Source: an uncultured Pseudokineococcus sp.
GTDB taxonomy: Bacteria > Actinomycetota > Actinomycetes > Actinomycetales > Quadrisphaeraceae
NCBI RefSeq assembly: GCF_947495735.1
Contig: NZ_CANMAA010000014.1
Span: 18,164-82,163, forward strand
Length of the DNA stretch: 64,000 bases
Reading direction: 5' to 3'
Shown: positions 35,536-44,460 of the stretch, one piece after another
Position numbering within the stretch: position 1 is the first letter of the stretch
Layout of the letters: the number at the start of each line of letters is the position of its first letter
Made by a program: the position numbers and the translations under genes
Notes under the pieces: generated by a model
Told to the model about the DNA's origin: nothing
Database searches by the model: none
Seen by the model: only the letters and a program-made list of their open reading frames with translations

Positions 35536-36747
35536 GTGCAGGACGACGGCGGGCACCGGCAGACGACCGAGGACGCGGCCCCCGGGGGGGCGGGAGCCGC
35601 GCGGCGCGGGGCCGTGCACTGGCGCCGGGGCCGCGTGACGGCCGTCGTCCGGGAGTGGCCCGGCGCCCGCGAGGTCACCGCCCGGCTCGACGAGCCCCTC
35701 CCCCGCGTCGGGGACGCCGCCGGCGACCCCGGTGCCCGGGACGGCGCGCTCGAGGTCCGCGCGACGGCGCTGGTCGACCTCGTGGGCGCGCCCGAGGTCG
35801 GCGACGAGGTGCTGCTGTCGGTCTCCGCGCTGGCGCGCGGCCTGGGCACGGGCGGCTCGGCGGGCGTCGTCGCGGTGCCGAGCCGGCTCCCCTCCGACCC
35901 GCCGCCGGCGCCGGGGCACCTCGTCAAGGCGCGCTACACCCCGCTGCAGGCGATGGTGCTGGGCGTCGACGAGCAGGAGTCCCCCGCCCACGAGGTGCTG
36001 GCCGACGCCGACGACCTCGGGGGGCTGCCCGTCGTCGTGGCCGACCTGCACTCCGCGCTGCCGGCGGTCCTCGCCGGGTGGCGCGCCGCGCGCGCGGACG
36101 CCGGGCTGGCCCCGGGGCGGTGCGTCTACGTCATGACGGACGGCGGCGCCCTGCCCGCGGCGCTCTCGCGCGCCGCCGCCGGGCTGCGGGGGGCGGGGTG
36201 GCTGGACGCCGTCGTCACCACGGGGCAGGCCTTCGGCGGCGACGCCGAGGCGGTGACGCTGCACACGGGGCTGCTGGCGGCCCGCCACGTGCTGGGCGCC
36301 GACCTCGTCGTCGTCGCCCAGGGGCCGGGCAACCTCGGGACGGGGACGCGCTGGGGGTTCTCCGGCGTCGCCTGCGGCGAGGCGGTCAACGCCGTCGCGA
36401 CGCTGGGCGGACGGCCTGTGGCGTCCCTGCGCGTCTCCGGCGCGGACGAGCGCGAGCGGCACCGCGGCGTCTCCCACCACTCGCTGACCGCGTACGGCCG
36501 CGTGGCCCTGGCGTCCGCCGAGGTCGTGGTGCCGCTCCTGCCCGGCCCCCTGGGCGCGCGCGTGCGCGAGCAGGCCGCGGCCCTGGGGGCTCGGCACCGC
36601 CTCGTCGAGGTCGACGTCGCCGGGCTGGAGCCGGCCCTGGCCGACAGCCCCGTGCGCCTGTCGACCATGGGCCGGGGGCTGGCCGCCGACGCGGCGCCCT
36701 TCCTGGCCGCCGCGGCGGCCGGCCGGTGGGCGGCCTCCGGCGGCTGA
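35536..36747 (+). CDS. DUF3866 family protein
   Basis: Contains GHLVKARYTPLQAMV and other family-like blocks. The start at 35536 is supported by the -10 spacing; GTG 35614 is the alternative. Confidence 0.7.
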   Translation: MQDDGGHRQTTEDAAPGGAGAARRGAVHWRRGRVTAVVREWPGAREVTARLDEPLPRVGDAAGDPGARDGALEVRATALVDLVGAPEVGDEVLLSVSALARGLGTGGSAGVVAVPSRLPSDPPPAPGHLVKARYTPLQAMVLGVDEQESPAHEVLADADDLGGLPVVVADLHSALPAVLAGWRAARADAGLAPGRCVYVMTDGGALPAALSRAAAGLRGAGWLDAVVTTGQAFGGDAEAVTLHTGLLAARHVLGADLVVVAQGPGNLGTGTRWGFSGVACGEAVNAVATLGGRPVASLRVSGADERERHRGVSHHSLTAYGRVALASAEVVVPLLPGPLGARVREQAAALGARHRLVEVDVAGLEPALADSPVRLSTMGRGLAADAAPFLAAAAAGRWAASGG

Positions 36748-36777
36748 CCCGCCCGGCGCGCGAGGGCGCTCGGCGAC

Positions 36778-37020
36778 GTGCCGACGCAGTGCCGCTCTGG
36801 GAGCGCTGAGGCGGCGTTATGTCGACGCAGTGCGGCTCTGGGGGCGCTCACCCGGCGTTGTGTCGACGCAGTGCGGCTGTGGGGGCGCTCACCCGGCGTT
36901 GTGTCGACGCAGTGCGGCTCTGGGGGCGCCCAGGCGGCGTTGTGTCGACGCAGTGCGGCTGTGGGGGCGCTCAGGCGGCGACGTGCCGACAGGGTGCGGG
37001 TCTGGAGGGGGGGGGACGCA
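36778..37020 (+). repeat. tandem array B: 6 copies of a 41-bp unit, homologous to array A
   Basis: Units begin at 36778, 36819, 36860, 36901, 36942 and 36983 (the last is degenerate). Consensus GTGTCGACGCAGTGCGGCTSTGGGGGCGCTCASSCGGCGTT. Confidence 0.9.
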
Positions 37021-37021
37021 C

Positions 37022-37058
37022 GAGACCCCGCCGTCCGCGGTGCGGACGACGGGGTCTC
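37022..37058. terminator. bidirectional stem-loop (16 bp, 1 mismatch)
   Basis: GAGACCCCGCCGTCCG, loop CGGTG, CGGACGACGGGGTCTC. It lies between the DUF3866 gene plus array B (+) and the FKBP gene stop at 37078 (-). Confidence 0.55.
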
Positions 37059-37077
37059 GGGGCGGGCGCGCGAGCCG

Positions 37078-37449
37078 TCAGGAGACGGAGTCGAGGTCCA
37101 CGACGAAGACGAGGGTCTCGCCCGGGGCGATGACCGGCGGGGCGCCGCGGTCGCCGTAGCCCAGGTGCGGCGGGATGGTGATGCGACGGCGTCCGCCGAC
37201 CCGCATGCCCTGGATGCCGGTGTCCCAGCCCGAGATGACCTGGCCGGCGCCGAGCTGGAAGGACAGCGGCTGGCCGCGGTCCCACGAGGCGTCGAACTGC
37301 TGGCCCGTGGACCAGGACACGCCCACGTAGTGAGCGGCGACGGTCGAGCCGGCCACCGCCTCCTGGCCCTCGCCGGTGACGAGGTCCTCGAGCACCAGGT
37401 CGGTCGGCGGGTCGGTGCTGGGGATGTCGACGACGGGCTTGTCAGCCAT
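37078..37449 (-). CDS. FKBP-type peptidyl-prolyl cis-trans isomerase
   Basis: Contains HYVGVSWSTGQQFDASWDRGQPLSFQLGAGQVISGWD and IPPHLGYG. GGAGGA upstream. Confidence 0.9.
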   Translation of the reverse strand: MADKPVVDIPSTDPPTDLVLEDLVTGEGQEAVAGSTVAAHYVGVSWSTGQQFDASWDRGQPLSFQLGAGQVISGWDTGIQGMRVGGRRRITIPPHLGYGDRGAPPVIAPGETLVFVVDLDSVS

Positions 37450-37545
37450 GGGGTCCTCCGCAGGTCGGGTGGGGGTGGTCGGTGGGTGCGTCCGCGGGAC
37501 GCCGTCCGCCCGGACCAGCGCAGCGGCGCCGCGCGCTGTTCCGGG

Positions 37546-37577
37546 CCTCCCCTCCCGCGGGCTGCCGGGAGGGGAGG
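37546..37577 (-). terminator. perfect 12-bp stem-loop after the FKBP lipoprotein gene
   Basis: CCTCCCCTCCCG (37546-37557) pairs with CGGGAGGGGAGG (37566-37577), 5 nt from the stop at 37583. Confidence 0.5.
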
Positions 37578-37582
37578 AGGCG

Positions 37583-38566
37583 TCAGCGGGTCGAGCTCTC
37601 CGCGGCGAGGACGTCGACGACGAAGACGAGCGTCGACCCGGGCGGGATGCTGCCGGTGTCCTGGTCGCCGTACGCCTGGTCGGGCGGGGCCACGACCATC
37701 ACGCGGCTGCCGACCGGCACGCCCGCGAGGCCCTGGTCCCAGGCCGGGATGACCTGTCCCCCGCCGAGGGCGAAGGAGAACGGCTCGCGGTCGTCGCCGC
37801 GGGAGGAGTCGAAGACCGACCCGTCGCTCCAGAGCACGCCGGTGTAGTCCACGACGACGGTGTCCCCCGCCGCCACCTCGCGCCCGCTCCCCCGCACGAG
37901 GGTCTCGACCCGCAGCTCCGCGGGCGGCTCGCCCTCCGGCGCCGCCACGGTCAGCGCGCCGCCCTCGCCCTCGGACACGGCCGGCAGCCCGGCGGGCAGG
38001 GGGACCTCCTCGCCGTCGACGTCCGGGAGCACCTCGGAGGCGCTGAGCACGTCCACGAGCAGCAGGACCGAGCCGTCGCTCCCGGGCGCCGTCGTGGCGC
38101 CGGGGGCGGACGCGCCGAAGTCCTCGGGGCTGACGCCCACGAGCACGCGCGAGCCGACGGTCTGGCCGACCACGCCGGCCACGAGCCCCGGCACGGTCGT
38201 CGCGGGGTCGGCCTGCAGGACGAGGCGGGACTCGGTCTCGTAGGTGGTCTCCAAGACCTCCCCGGTGCCGCCGTCCACCGCCAGCACGTCCATCGCCACG
38301 AGGTCGCCCTCCTCGACGACCCGGCCGTCGTCGTCCCCCTCCTCGACGACCTCGGTCACGGTCTCGGCGACGCTGACGGGGGTCTCGACCTGGAGCTCGG
38401 GGCTCTCGGCGCCGCCGACCACCTCCACGCGCGAGAGCGCGTCCTGCTGCTGCTGCTGCTCGGGAGCGGGGGCGGCCTCCTCCCCGCACCCGGCCGTGAG
38501 CAGGAGGACGGGGAGGGAGGCGGCCAGGACCGCGCGGGAGGTTCGGGGGCGTCGCAGGTGTCGCAC
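37583..38566 (-). CDS. FKBP-type peptidyl-prolyl isomerase lipoprotein
   Basis: GTG at 38566 gives the lipoprotein signal VRHLRRPRTSRAVLAASLPVLLLTAGC. C-terminal FKBP domain (DYTGVLWSDGSVFDSS..FSFALGGGQVIPAWDQG). Confidence 0.8.
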   Translation of the reverse strand: MRHLRRPRTSRAVLAASLPVLLLTAGCGEEAAPAPEQQQQQDALSRVEVVGGAESPELQVETPVSVAETVTEVVEEGDDDGRVVEEGDLVAMDVLAVDGGTGEVLETTYETESRLVLQADPATTVPGLVAGVVGQTVGSRVLVGVSPEDFGASAPGATTAPGSDGSVLLLVDVLSASEVLPDVDGEEVPLPAGLPAVSEGEGGALTVAAPEGEPPAELRVETLVRGSGREVAAGDTVVVDYTGVLWSDGSVFDSSRGDDREPFSFALGGGQVIPAWDQGLAGVPVGSRVMVVAPPDQAYGDQDTGSIPPGSTLVFVVDVLAAESSTR

Positions 38567-38712
38567 GAGGGCCTCTCGTCGTGCCGGGCGTGCCGGCGGT
38601 GCTGCCCGACCGCGGTCGGCGTGCACGCACGGTAGCGCGCGGTCCTGGACGGTCACTGGACGGCGGCTGGGCGCGGGCAAGCGCGACGGGAGCGGCCGAG
38701 ACACCCGTCCTG

Positions 38713-38737
38713 CGGGCGGCGGCGAGGTCGCCGCCCG
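38713..38737 (-). terminator. 9-bp stem-loop 4 nt after the pafA stop
   Basis: CGGGCGGCG, loop GCGAGGT, CGCCGCCCG. Confidence 0.4.
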
Positions 38738-38740
38738 GCG

Positions 38741-40108
38741 TCACATGCTCTCGATGAGGCGGGCGACGCGCTCGTCCACGGCGGCGAACGGGTCCTTGCA
38801 CAGCACCGTGCGCTGGGACTGGTCGTTCAGCTTCAGGTGGACCCAGTCGACGGTGAAGTCGCGCCCGTGCTCGGTGGCGGCGGTGACGAACTCCCCGCGC
38901 AGCCGGGCGCGCGTCGTCTGCGGCGGGACGGTCCGGGCCGTCTCGACCTCCTCGTCCGTGGTCAGCCGGTCCACGAGCCCGCGGGAGGCGAGCTGGTGGT
39001 ACAGGCCCCGGCGCCGCGAGACGTCGTGGTAGGCGAGGTCGAGGCGGGCGACGCGCGCGCTCGCCAGGCCCAGGTCGTGCTTGCGCATGTAGCGATCGAG
39101 GAGCCGCTTCTTGATGGCCCAGTCCAGCTCGCGGTCCACGAGCGAGGTGTCCTGCGTGGCGACGGCGCGCAGGCCCCGCTCCCACAGGTCGAGCACGGCC
39201 TTCGTGGTGCTCGTGATCTCCCCGGCGTCACCGCGCTCGACGAAGGCGCGCGCCAGCTCGAGGAACTCGCCCTGCAGGTCCAGCGCGCTGGCCCGCCGCC
39301 CGCTGGCGAGCTTCAGCGGCCGCCGACCGGTCGGGTCGTGGCTGACCTCCCGGATGGCCCGGATCGGGTTCTCCAGCGCCACGTCGGGCACGACGACGCC
39401 CGCCTCCAGCATCCGCAGCACGAGGTCGACGGCGCCGACCTTGAGCATGGTGGTGGGCTCGGCCATCGAGGAGTCCCCGACGATCACGTGCAGCCGCCGG
39501 TAGTGCTCGGCGTCGGCGTGGGGCTCGTCCCGGGTGTTGATGATCGGCCGCGAGCGGGTGGTCGCGCTGGAGACGCCCTCCCAGATGTGGTCGGCCCGCT
39601 GGGAGTAGCAGTACGTGGCGCCGCGCGGCGTCTGCACCACCTTGCCGGCGCCGACCAGCAGCTGGCGCGTCACGAGGAAGGGGATGAGCACGTCCGAGAG
39701 GGCGCTGAACTCGCCGGCGCGCGGCACCAGGTAGTTCTCGTGGCAGCCGTAGGAGTTGCCCGCGGAGTCGGTGTTGTTCTTGAACAGGAAGATCTCGCCG
39801 GTCACGCCCTCCTCGGCGAGCCGGGCCTCCGCGTCGGCCACCAGGCCCTCGAGGATCCGCTCGCCCGCGCGGTCGTGGACGACCAGCTGCTGGACGTCGT
39901 CGCACTCGGGCGTCGCGTACTCGGGGTGGGAGCCGACGTCGAGGTAGAGGCGGGACCCGTTGCCGAGGAAGACGTTGCTGGAGCGCCCCCAGGCCACGAC
40001 GGTGCGGAAGAGGTACCGGGCCACCTCGTCGGCCGACAGCCGGCGCTGCCCCTCGGCGACGCACGTGACGCCGTACTCGGTCTCCAGGCCGAGGATGCGA
40101 CGCTCCAT
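38741..40108 (-). CDS. pafA: Pup--protein ligase PafA
   Basis: [15 protein letters not shown]-terminus, full-length family match by eye. Confidence 0.95.
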   Translation of the reverse strand: MERRILGLETEYGVTCVAEGQRRLSADEVARYLFRTVVAWGRSSNVFLGNGSRLYLDVGSHPEYATPECDDVQQLVVHDRAGERILEGLVADAEARLAEEGVTGEIFLFKNNTDSAGNSYGCHENYLVPRAGEFSALSDVLIPFLVTRQLLVGAGKVVQTPRGATYCYSQRADHIWEGVSSATTRSRPIINTRDEPHADAEHYRRLHVIVGDSSMAEPTTMLKVGAVDLVLRMLEAGVVVPDVALENPIRAIREVSHDPTGRRPLKLASGRRASALDLQGEFLELARAFVERGDAGEITSTTKAVLDLWERGLRAVATQDTSLVDRELDWAIKKRLLDRYMRKHDLGLASARVARLDLAYHDVSRRRGLYHQLASRGLVDRLTTDEEVETARTVPPQTTRARLRGEFVTAATEHGRDFTVDWVHLKLNDQSQRTVLCKDPFAAVDERVARLIESM

Positions 40109-40114
40109 GGCCAG

Positions 40115-40120
40115 ACCCTA
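40115..40120 (-). promoter_or_regulatory. -10-like hexamer TAGGGT, 6 nt before the pafA ATG (leaderless-type)
   Basis: The minus strand reads gTAGGGTctggccATG. Confidence 0.4.
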
Positions 40121-40154
40121 CGTCCGGTCCACCCGGCTCGGGCGGTGCCCGCCG

Positions 40155-40982
40155 TCAGCCGGGACCGGACCCCTCGCCGGAGGGCGAGGCCGGCGTGTCG
40201 GCCGGGAGCCCGGGGTGACCGGGGGCCTCCGCGGGCGCCAGCAGGTCGGGCGTCCGCGGCGCGTCGACGGTCGGGTCGTCGGCGTCCAGCAGGCGCTCGA
40301 GCAGCTCGCCCTGGACGCGCCGGAACGACCGGCGCGGCAGGCCCCGCTCGAGGACGGCGACCTCCAGCGACGCGCCCGGCAGGTCGCGGCGCGGGCCCGC
40401 AGCCGGGTCGGCCGGGTCCGTGGCGAGGACGCGCCGGGCCAGCGCGAGGGCGTCGGCGAGCCGGAGCCCGGGCCGCCAGCCCTCCGCCAGGACGCCGGCG
40501 AGGGCGTCGGCCGCCCCGCCGACGACGACCGCGCCGCGCTCGTCGGCGACCGAGCCGTCGTAGGTGAGCCGGTAGATCTGGTCGTCCTCCTCCGCGGCGC
40601 CCACCTCGGCCACGAGGATCTCGACCTCGAGCGGCTTGCTCTCGGTGGTGAAGACGCTGCCGAGGGTCTGGGCGTAGGCGTTGGCCAGCCCTCGCGCGGT
40701 GACGTCCGCGCGGTCGTAGGAGTAGCCGCGCAGGTCGGCGTAGCGCACGCCGGCGACGCGCAGGTTCTCGAACTCGTTGTACTTGCCCACGGCCGCGAAG
40801 GCGATGCGGTCGTAGATCTCGCTGACCTTGTGCAGCGCCCGGGAGGGGTTCTCGGCCACCAGGGCGATGCCCGCGTCGAAGCACAGGACGACCACCGAGC
40901 GGCCCCGGGCGATGCCCTTGCGCGCGAAGTCGGCCCGGTCGCGCATGACCTGCTCGGGCGAGACGTAGAACTGCTGGGTCAC
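40155..40982 (-). CDS. prcA: proteasome subunit alpha
   Basis: [28 protein letters not shown]. The GTG overlaps the prcB stop (GTGA). Confidence 0.95.
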   Translation of the reverse strand: MTQQFYVSPEQVMRDRADFARKGIARGRSVVVLCFDAGIALVAENPSRALHKVSEIYDRIAFAAVGKYNEFENLRVAGVRYADLRGYSYDRADVTARGLANAYAQTLGSVFTTESKPLEVEILVAEVGAAEEDDQIYRLTYDGSVADERGAVVVGGAADALAGVLAEGWRPGLRLADALALARRVLATDPADPAAGPRRDLPGASLEVAVLERGLPRRSFRRVQGELLERLLDADDPTVDAPRTPDLLAPAEAPGHPGLPADTPASPSGEGSGPG

Positions 40983-41848
40983 GAGGGGCCCTCCTCCAGG
41001 CGGTCTGCGGTGCGGGCGTCCAGCACCCCGCGGGCCACCTCGGCGACGCGCGAGGCGGGCACGCGCCGGTAGCCGGCCTCGTCCACGACGGCGACCACGG
41101 GGTGGATGCCGCGCACGAGGTCCGAGCCGCCGGTGGCGGAGTCGTCGTCGGCCGCGTCGTGCAGCGCCTCGACGGCGGTGGCGACGGCCTCGTCGACGCC
41201 GCGGGTGGGGCGGTGCAGCTTCTTGAGCGCGCCCCGGGCGAAGACGGAGCCGGAGCCGACCGAGTGGTGCCCTCGCTCCTCGTAGCGGCCGCCGGTGACG
41301 TCGTAGCTGAAGATCCGCCCGCGGCGGCCCGCGAGGTCGTAGCCGGCGAAGAGCGGGACGACCGCCAGCCCCTGCATCGCCAGGCCGAGGTTGCCGCGGA
41401 CCATGGTGGACAGGCGGTTGGCCTTGCCGTCCAGGGAGAGCACGGCGCCCTCGATCTTCTCGAAGTGCTCGAGCTCGACCTGGAAGAGCCGGACCATCTC
41501 CACCGCGATGCCCGCGGTGCCCGCGATGCCGACGCAGGAGTGCGTGTCGGCGGGGAAGACCTTCTCGATCTCCCGGTGCGCGATCGCGCTGCCTGCGGTG
41601 GCGCGGCGGTCCCCCGCCATCACGACGCCCCCCGGGTAGGTGAGCGCCACGATCGTCGTCGCGTGGGGCGGGTCCAGCTCCGGGGCCAGGGCGCCCCCGG
41701 CCGGGAGGGGACGGCGGCCCGGCAGCAGCGAGGGGTCGTGGCTGCCCAGGAAGTCGGTGAAGGAGGCCGCCCCTGGCACGTGGAAGGTCGCCGGGAGCCG
41801 GCCCGCGGGGCCGCCGGGGAGCTGCGGGGCGGGGGTGGCTGGCATCAC
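40979..41848 (-). CDS. prcB: proteasome subunit beta (with propeptide)
   Basis: Propeptide followed by the catalytic Thr context [21 protein letters not shown]. Confidence 0.9.
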   Translation of the reverse strand: MMPATPAPQLPGGPAGRLPATFHVPGAASFTDFLGSHDPSLLPGRRPLPAGGALAPELDPPHATTIVALTYPGGVVMAGDRRATAGSAIAHREIEKVFPADTHSCVGIAGTAGIAVEMVRLFQVELEHFEKIEGAVLSLDGKANRLSTMVRGNLGLAMQGLAVVPLFAGYDLAGRRGRIFSYDVTGGRYEERGHHSVGSGSVFARGALKKLHRPTRGVDEAVATAVEALHDAADDDSATGGSDLVRGIHPVVAVVDEAGYRRVPASRVAEVARGVLDARTADRLEEGPS

Positions 41849-41854
41849 GGGGCG

Positions 41855-41860
41855 ACCCTA
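41855..41860 (-). promoter_or_regulatory. -10-like hexamer TAGGGT, 6 nt before the prcB GTG (leaderless-type)
   Basis: The minus strand reads cTAGGGTcgccccGTG. Confidence 0.4.
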
Positions 41861-41942
41861 GCCCCGCCCCCCGACAGCCGACCTGCGGCGGCGACCTCCG
41901 GCAGCCGGCCCGCCGAGCGGCGGCCGGCCGGTCGCCGAGGGC

Positions 41943-42140
41943 CTACTGGCCGCCCTTCTGCACGAAGGAGCGCACGAAGGTCTCCGCGTTCGCCTCGAGG
42001 ACGTCGTCGATCTCGTCGAGGAGGTCGTCGACCTCGGCGTCGCCGGCCGAGGTGCGGGCGGTGGTCGTGGGCGCCGGCGCCGGGACCTCGTCGGGCTCGT
42101 CCTCACGGCGCTCGTGCCGACGCTGCTCCTGCGGTGCCAT
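41943..42140 (-). CDS. pup: prokaryotic ubiquitin-like protein Pup
   Basis: 65 aa, acidic, with DDLLDEIDDVLE and a C-terminal KGGQ. AGGAG lies 5 nt upstream. Confidence 0.95.
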   Translation of the reverse strand: MAPQEQRRHERREDEPDEVPAPAPTTTARTSAGDAEVDDLLDEIDDVLEANAETFVRSFVQKGGQ

Positions 42141-42245
42141 GGCTGCTCCTGCCGTCCGGGGCCCGTCGCCGGGCTCCCCCGCGTCGGTGCCTGCACCGCG
42201 ATGGTAGGCGCCGCCCGCGGCTGCGGGCAGGGGCGGCGCCCGGCC

Positions 42246-43937
42246 TCAGCCCGCCGGGCGCCCGCCGGTGAGGGCGAGGACGAGGTCGGCGGCCGTGGGG
42301 CAGCGGTCGAGCAGCGCGCCGGTGCTGGCCCGCGTGCCGCGCAGGGGCTCGAGCATGGGCACCCGCTGCAGGGAGGTGCGGCCGGCGACGTCGAGGATCA
42401 CCGAGTCCCAGCTGGCCGCCGCCACCTCGTCGCCGTAGCGGCGCACGCACTCCCCCCGGAACCAGGCGCGGGTGTCCTCCGGCGGGTCCACGACGGCGCG
42501 GGCCACGGCCGCCTGGTCGTGCAGGGTCTCCACGGCGCCGCGGGCCACCAGACGGGCGTGCAGACCCCGCTCGGGCCGCAGGTCGGCGTACTGGATGTCG
42601 ATGAGCGCGAGCCGCGCGGCGTCCCAGGACAGGTCCTCGCGCGTGCGGAAGCCCTCGAGCAGGCGCAGCTTGGCCACCCAGTCCAGCTGGCGGGCGCACC
42701 GCATCGGGTCGGCCTCGAGGTCGGTGAGCACCTGCTCCCAGCGCTCCAGCACCTCGGCGGTGTCCGCGTCCACGGCCGCTCCCTGGCGGCGCTCGACGAA
42801 GGCGCGCACGGCCTCCAGGTGGCGCCACTGCAGCTGCACCGCCGTGAGCCGCTCCCCCGTGCGCAGCGTCAGCAGGTGGGTCAGCGAGGGGTCGTGGCTG
42901 ACGGCGCGCACGGCCGCCACCGGGTTCTCCAGGGCGAGGTCGGGGGCCTCGCCGGCCTCGACCGTCGCCAGGACCAGCGACGTCGTCCCCACCTTGAGCA
43001 GGTTCGCCACCTGGCAGAGGTTCGCGTCACCGACGATGACGTGCAGGCGCCGCCAGCGGTCGGCGGTGGCGTGCGGCTCGTCGCGGGTGTTGACCAGCGG
43101 CCGCTTCAGGGTGGTCTCGAGCCCCACCTCGGTCTCGAAGAAGTCGGCGCGCTGGCTCAGCTGGAAGCCGCTGCCGTCCCCCGTCTGCCCCCGCCCGACG
43201 CGCCCGGCGCCGGTGACGACCTGGCGGCTGACGAAGAAGGGCACCAGGGCCCGGACGATGTCGGCGAACGGCGTCGACCGCGGCATCAGGTAGTTCTCGT
43301 GGGTGCCGTACGAGGCGCCCTTGCCGTCGGTGTTGTTCTTGTACAGGACGACGTCGCCCAGGCCCGGCGAGGCCGCGATGCGGCGCATGGCCTCGCGGGC
43401 CACCTCGTCGCCCGCCAGGTCCCACAGCACGGCGTCGCGCGGCGTCGTCACCTCGGGACCGGAGTACTCCGGGTGGGCGTGGTCGACGTACAGGCGGGCG
43501 CCGTTGGTCAGGACGGTGTTCGCCAGCCCCGCCTCCTCCAGCTCCTCGGCGACGTGCAGCGCGGTGCCCGCGCTCGCGGCCTGGGACGCGGCGACGTCCG
43601 GCGGGACGTCGGTGAGCTGGCTGGGGTGCGCCCTCGCCCGGTCCACCTCGTACCCGCGCGCGTCGCGCAGCGGCGCCTCGTCGGCGTAGTCCCAGCGGGT
43701 GGCCCGCCGCGAGCGCGTGCCACGTCCTCCCCCGCTCCCCGAGGGGGACGCGTAGGCGTGCACGACGCGGCCGGACAGCAGCATCGGGTTGGCCTGCGCC
43801 TCCCCGGGGGCGCTGATGCCGAACTCGGTCTCCACGCCCATGACGCGGCGCACGCCGCCGTCGCGGCCCCAGGGGCCCGGGCCGGCCGCGCCGGAGGTGC
43901 CGGGGGTGGGGCGGGCGGGGTCCTCGGCGCTGCTCAT
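42246..43937 (-). CDS. dop: Pup deamidase/depupylase Dop
   Basis: RRVMGVETEFGIS and PafA/Dop fold blocks. ATG 43937 is preceded by TAGGCT plus 8 nt. A shorter form from GTG 43853 is possible. Confidence 0.9.
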   Translation of the reverse strand: MSSAEDPARPTPGTSGAAGPGPWGRDGGVRRVMGVETEFGISAPGEAQANPMLLSGRVVHAYASPSGSGGGRGTRSRRATRWDYADEAPLRDARGYEVDRARAHPSQLTDVPPDVAASQAASAGTALHVAEELEEAGLANTVLTNGARLYVDHAHPEYSGPEVTTPRDAVLWDLAGDEVAREAMRRIAASPGLGDVVLYKNNTDGKGASYGTHENYLMPRSTPFADIVRALVPFFVSRQVVTGAGRVGRGQTGDGSGFQLSQRADFFETEVGLETTLKRPLVNTRDEPHATADRWRRLHVIVGDANLCQVANLLKVGTTSLVLATVEAGEAPDLALENPVAAVRAVSHDPSLTHLLTLRTGERLTAVQLQWRHLEAVRAFVERRQGAAVDADTAEVLERWEQVLTDLEADPMRCARQLDWVAKLRLLEGFRTREDLSWDAARLALIDIQYADLRPERGLHARLVARGAVETLHDQAAVARAVVDPPEDTRAWFRGECVRRYGDEVAAASWDSVILDVAGRTSLQRVPMLEPLRGTRASTGALLDRCPTAADLVLALTGGRPAG

Positions 43938-43949
43938 CGCGGCCGAGCC

Positions 43950-43955
43950 TACGGT
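43950..43955 (+). promoter_or_regulatory. -10-like hexamer TACGGT, 6 nt before the GTG at 43962; overlaps the dop-side TAGGCT (43946-43951, minus strand)
   Basis: Sequence is ccTACGGTggcccgGTG. The two divergent hexamers share the TA at 43950/43951. Confidence 0.4.
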
Positions 43956-43961
43956 GGCCCG

Positions 43962-44345
43962 GTGAGCCCGACCCCCGTGCGTCCGCCGGCCGCCGCGCTG
44001 GCCGTCGACCTCGTGGCCGTCCTCGTCTTCGCCGGCGTCGGCCGCGCCAGCCACGTCGAGGGCACCGGCCTGCTGCAGGTGGCGGGGACGGCGCTGCCCT
44101 TCTGGGTCGGGGTGCTGCTCGCCTGGGCGCTGCCCCGGGTCCACCGCGACCCGGCGCGGCCCGCCCCCGCCGGGGTCCTGGTGCTGGGCGGTGCGGTCGT
44201 CGTCGGCCTGGCGCTGCGCCTGGTGACCGGCCAGGGCGCACCGGTGCCCTTCGTCGTCGTGACCGCGGTCGTCCTCGCCGTCCTGCTCCTGGGCTGGAGG
44301 TCGCTGGTGCGTCTCGCCGGGCGGACGCGCCGCTCGGGGGCGTGA
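43962..44345 (+). CDS. DUF3054-like small membrane protein
   Basis: 127 aa, 4 TM segments, with a VLVFAGVGRASHVEG motif. It is the C-terminal part of ORF 42114..44345. Confidence 0.55.
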   Translation: MSPTPVRPPAAALAVDLVAVLVFAGVGRASHVEGTGLLQVAGTALPFWVGVLLAWALPRVHRDPARPAPAGVLVLGGAVVVGLALRLVTGQGAPVPFVVVTAVVLAVLLLGWRSLVRLAGRTRRSGA

Positions 44346-44350
44346 CGCCG

Positions 44351-44369
44351 CTAGGTTAGGCTCGCCTGA
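44351..44369. promoter_or_regulatory. IdeR/DtxR-type iron box candidate
   Basis: CTAGGTTAGGCTCGCCTGA matches the 19-bp consensus TTAGGTTAGGCTAACCTAA at 15/19 positions. It lies 92 nt upstream of the iron-chelate ABC binding-protein gene. Confidence 0.55.
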
Positions 44370-44460
44370 CCACTTCCCCTGGTCCGTGGTGCGCACCGCG
44401 GCACCCGCTGTCCCGGTCGACGCCCGCGCGGGCCGACCCGTCGCAGGAGGACCACCGAGC

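Noticed and set aside
36778-37285. ORFs 36778..37752, 36819..37133, 36830..37159 (+) and 36971..37285 (-).
   Set aside because: They are read-throughs of array B and of the antisense strand of the FKBP gene. The peptides are repeats of the DNA unit.
43854-43937. Shorter Dop starting at GTG 43853 (VRRVMGVETEFG).
   Set aside because: This is not excluded, since it matches the usual Dop N-terminus. I kept ATG 43937 as primary because of the adjacent TAGGCT hexamer, but it needs N-terminal proteomics.
44346-44460. Cobalamin riboswitch ahead of the BtuF/FecB-like binding-protein gene.
   Set aside because: The leader is only ~110 nt and I see no B12-box-like sequence. The iron box explains the region better.
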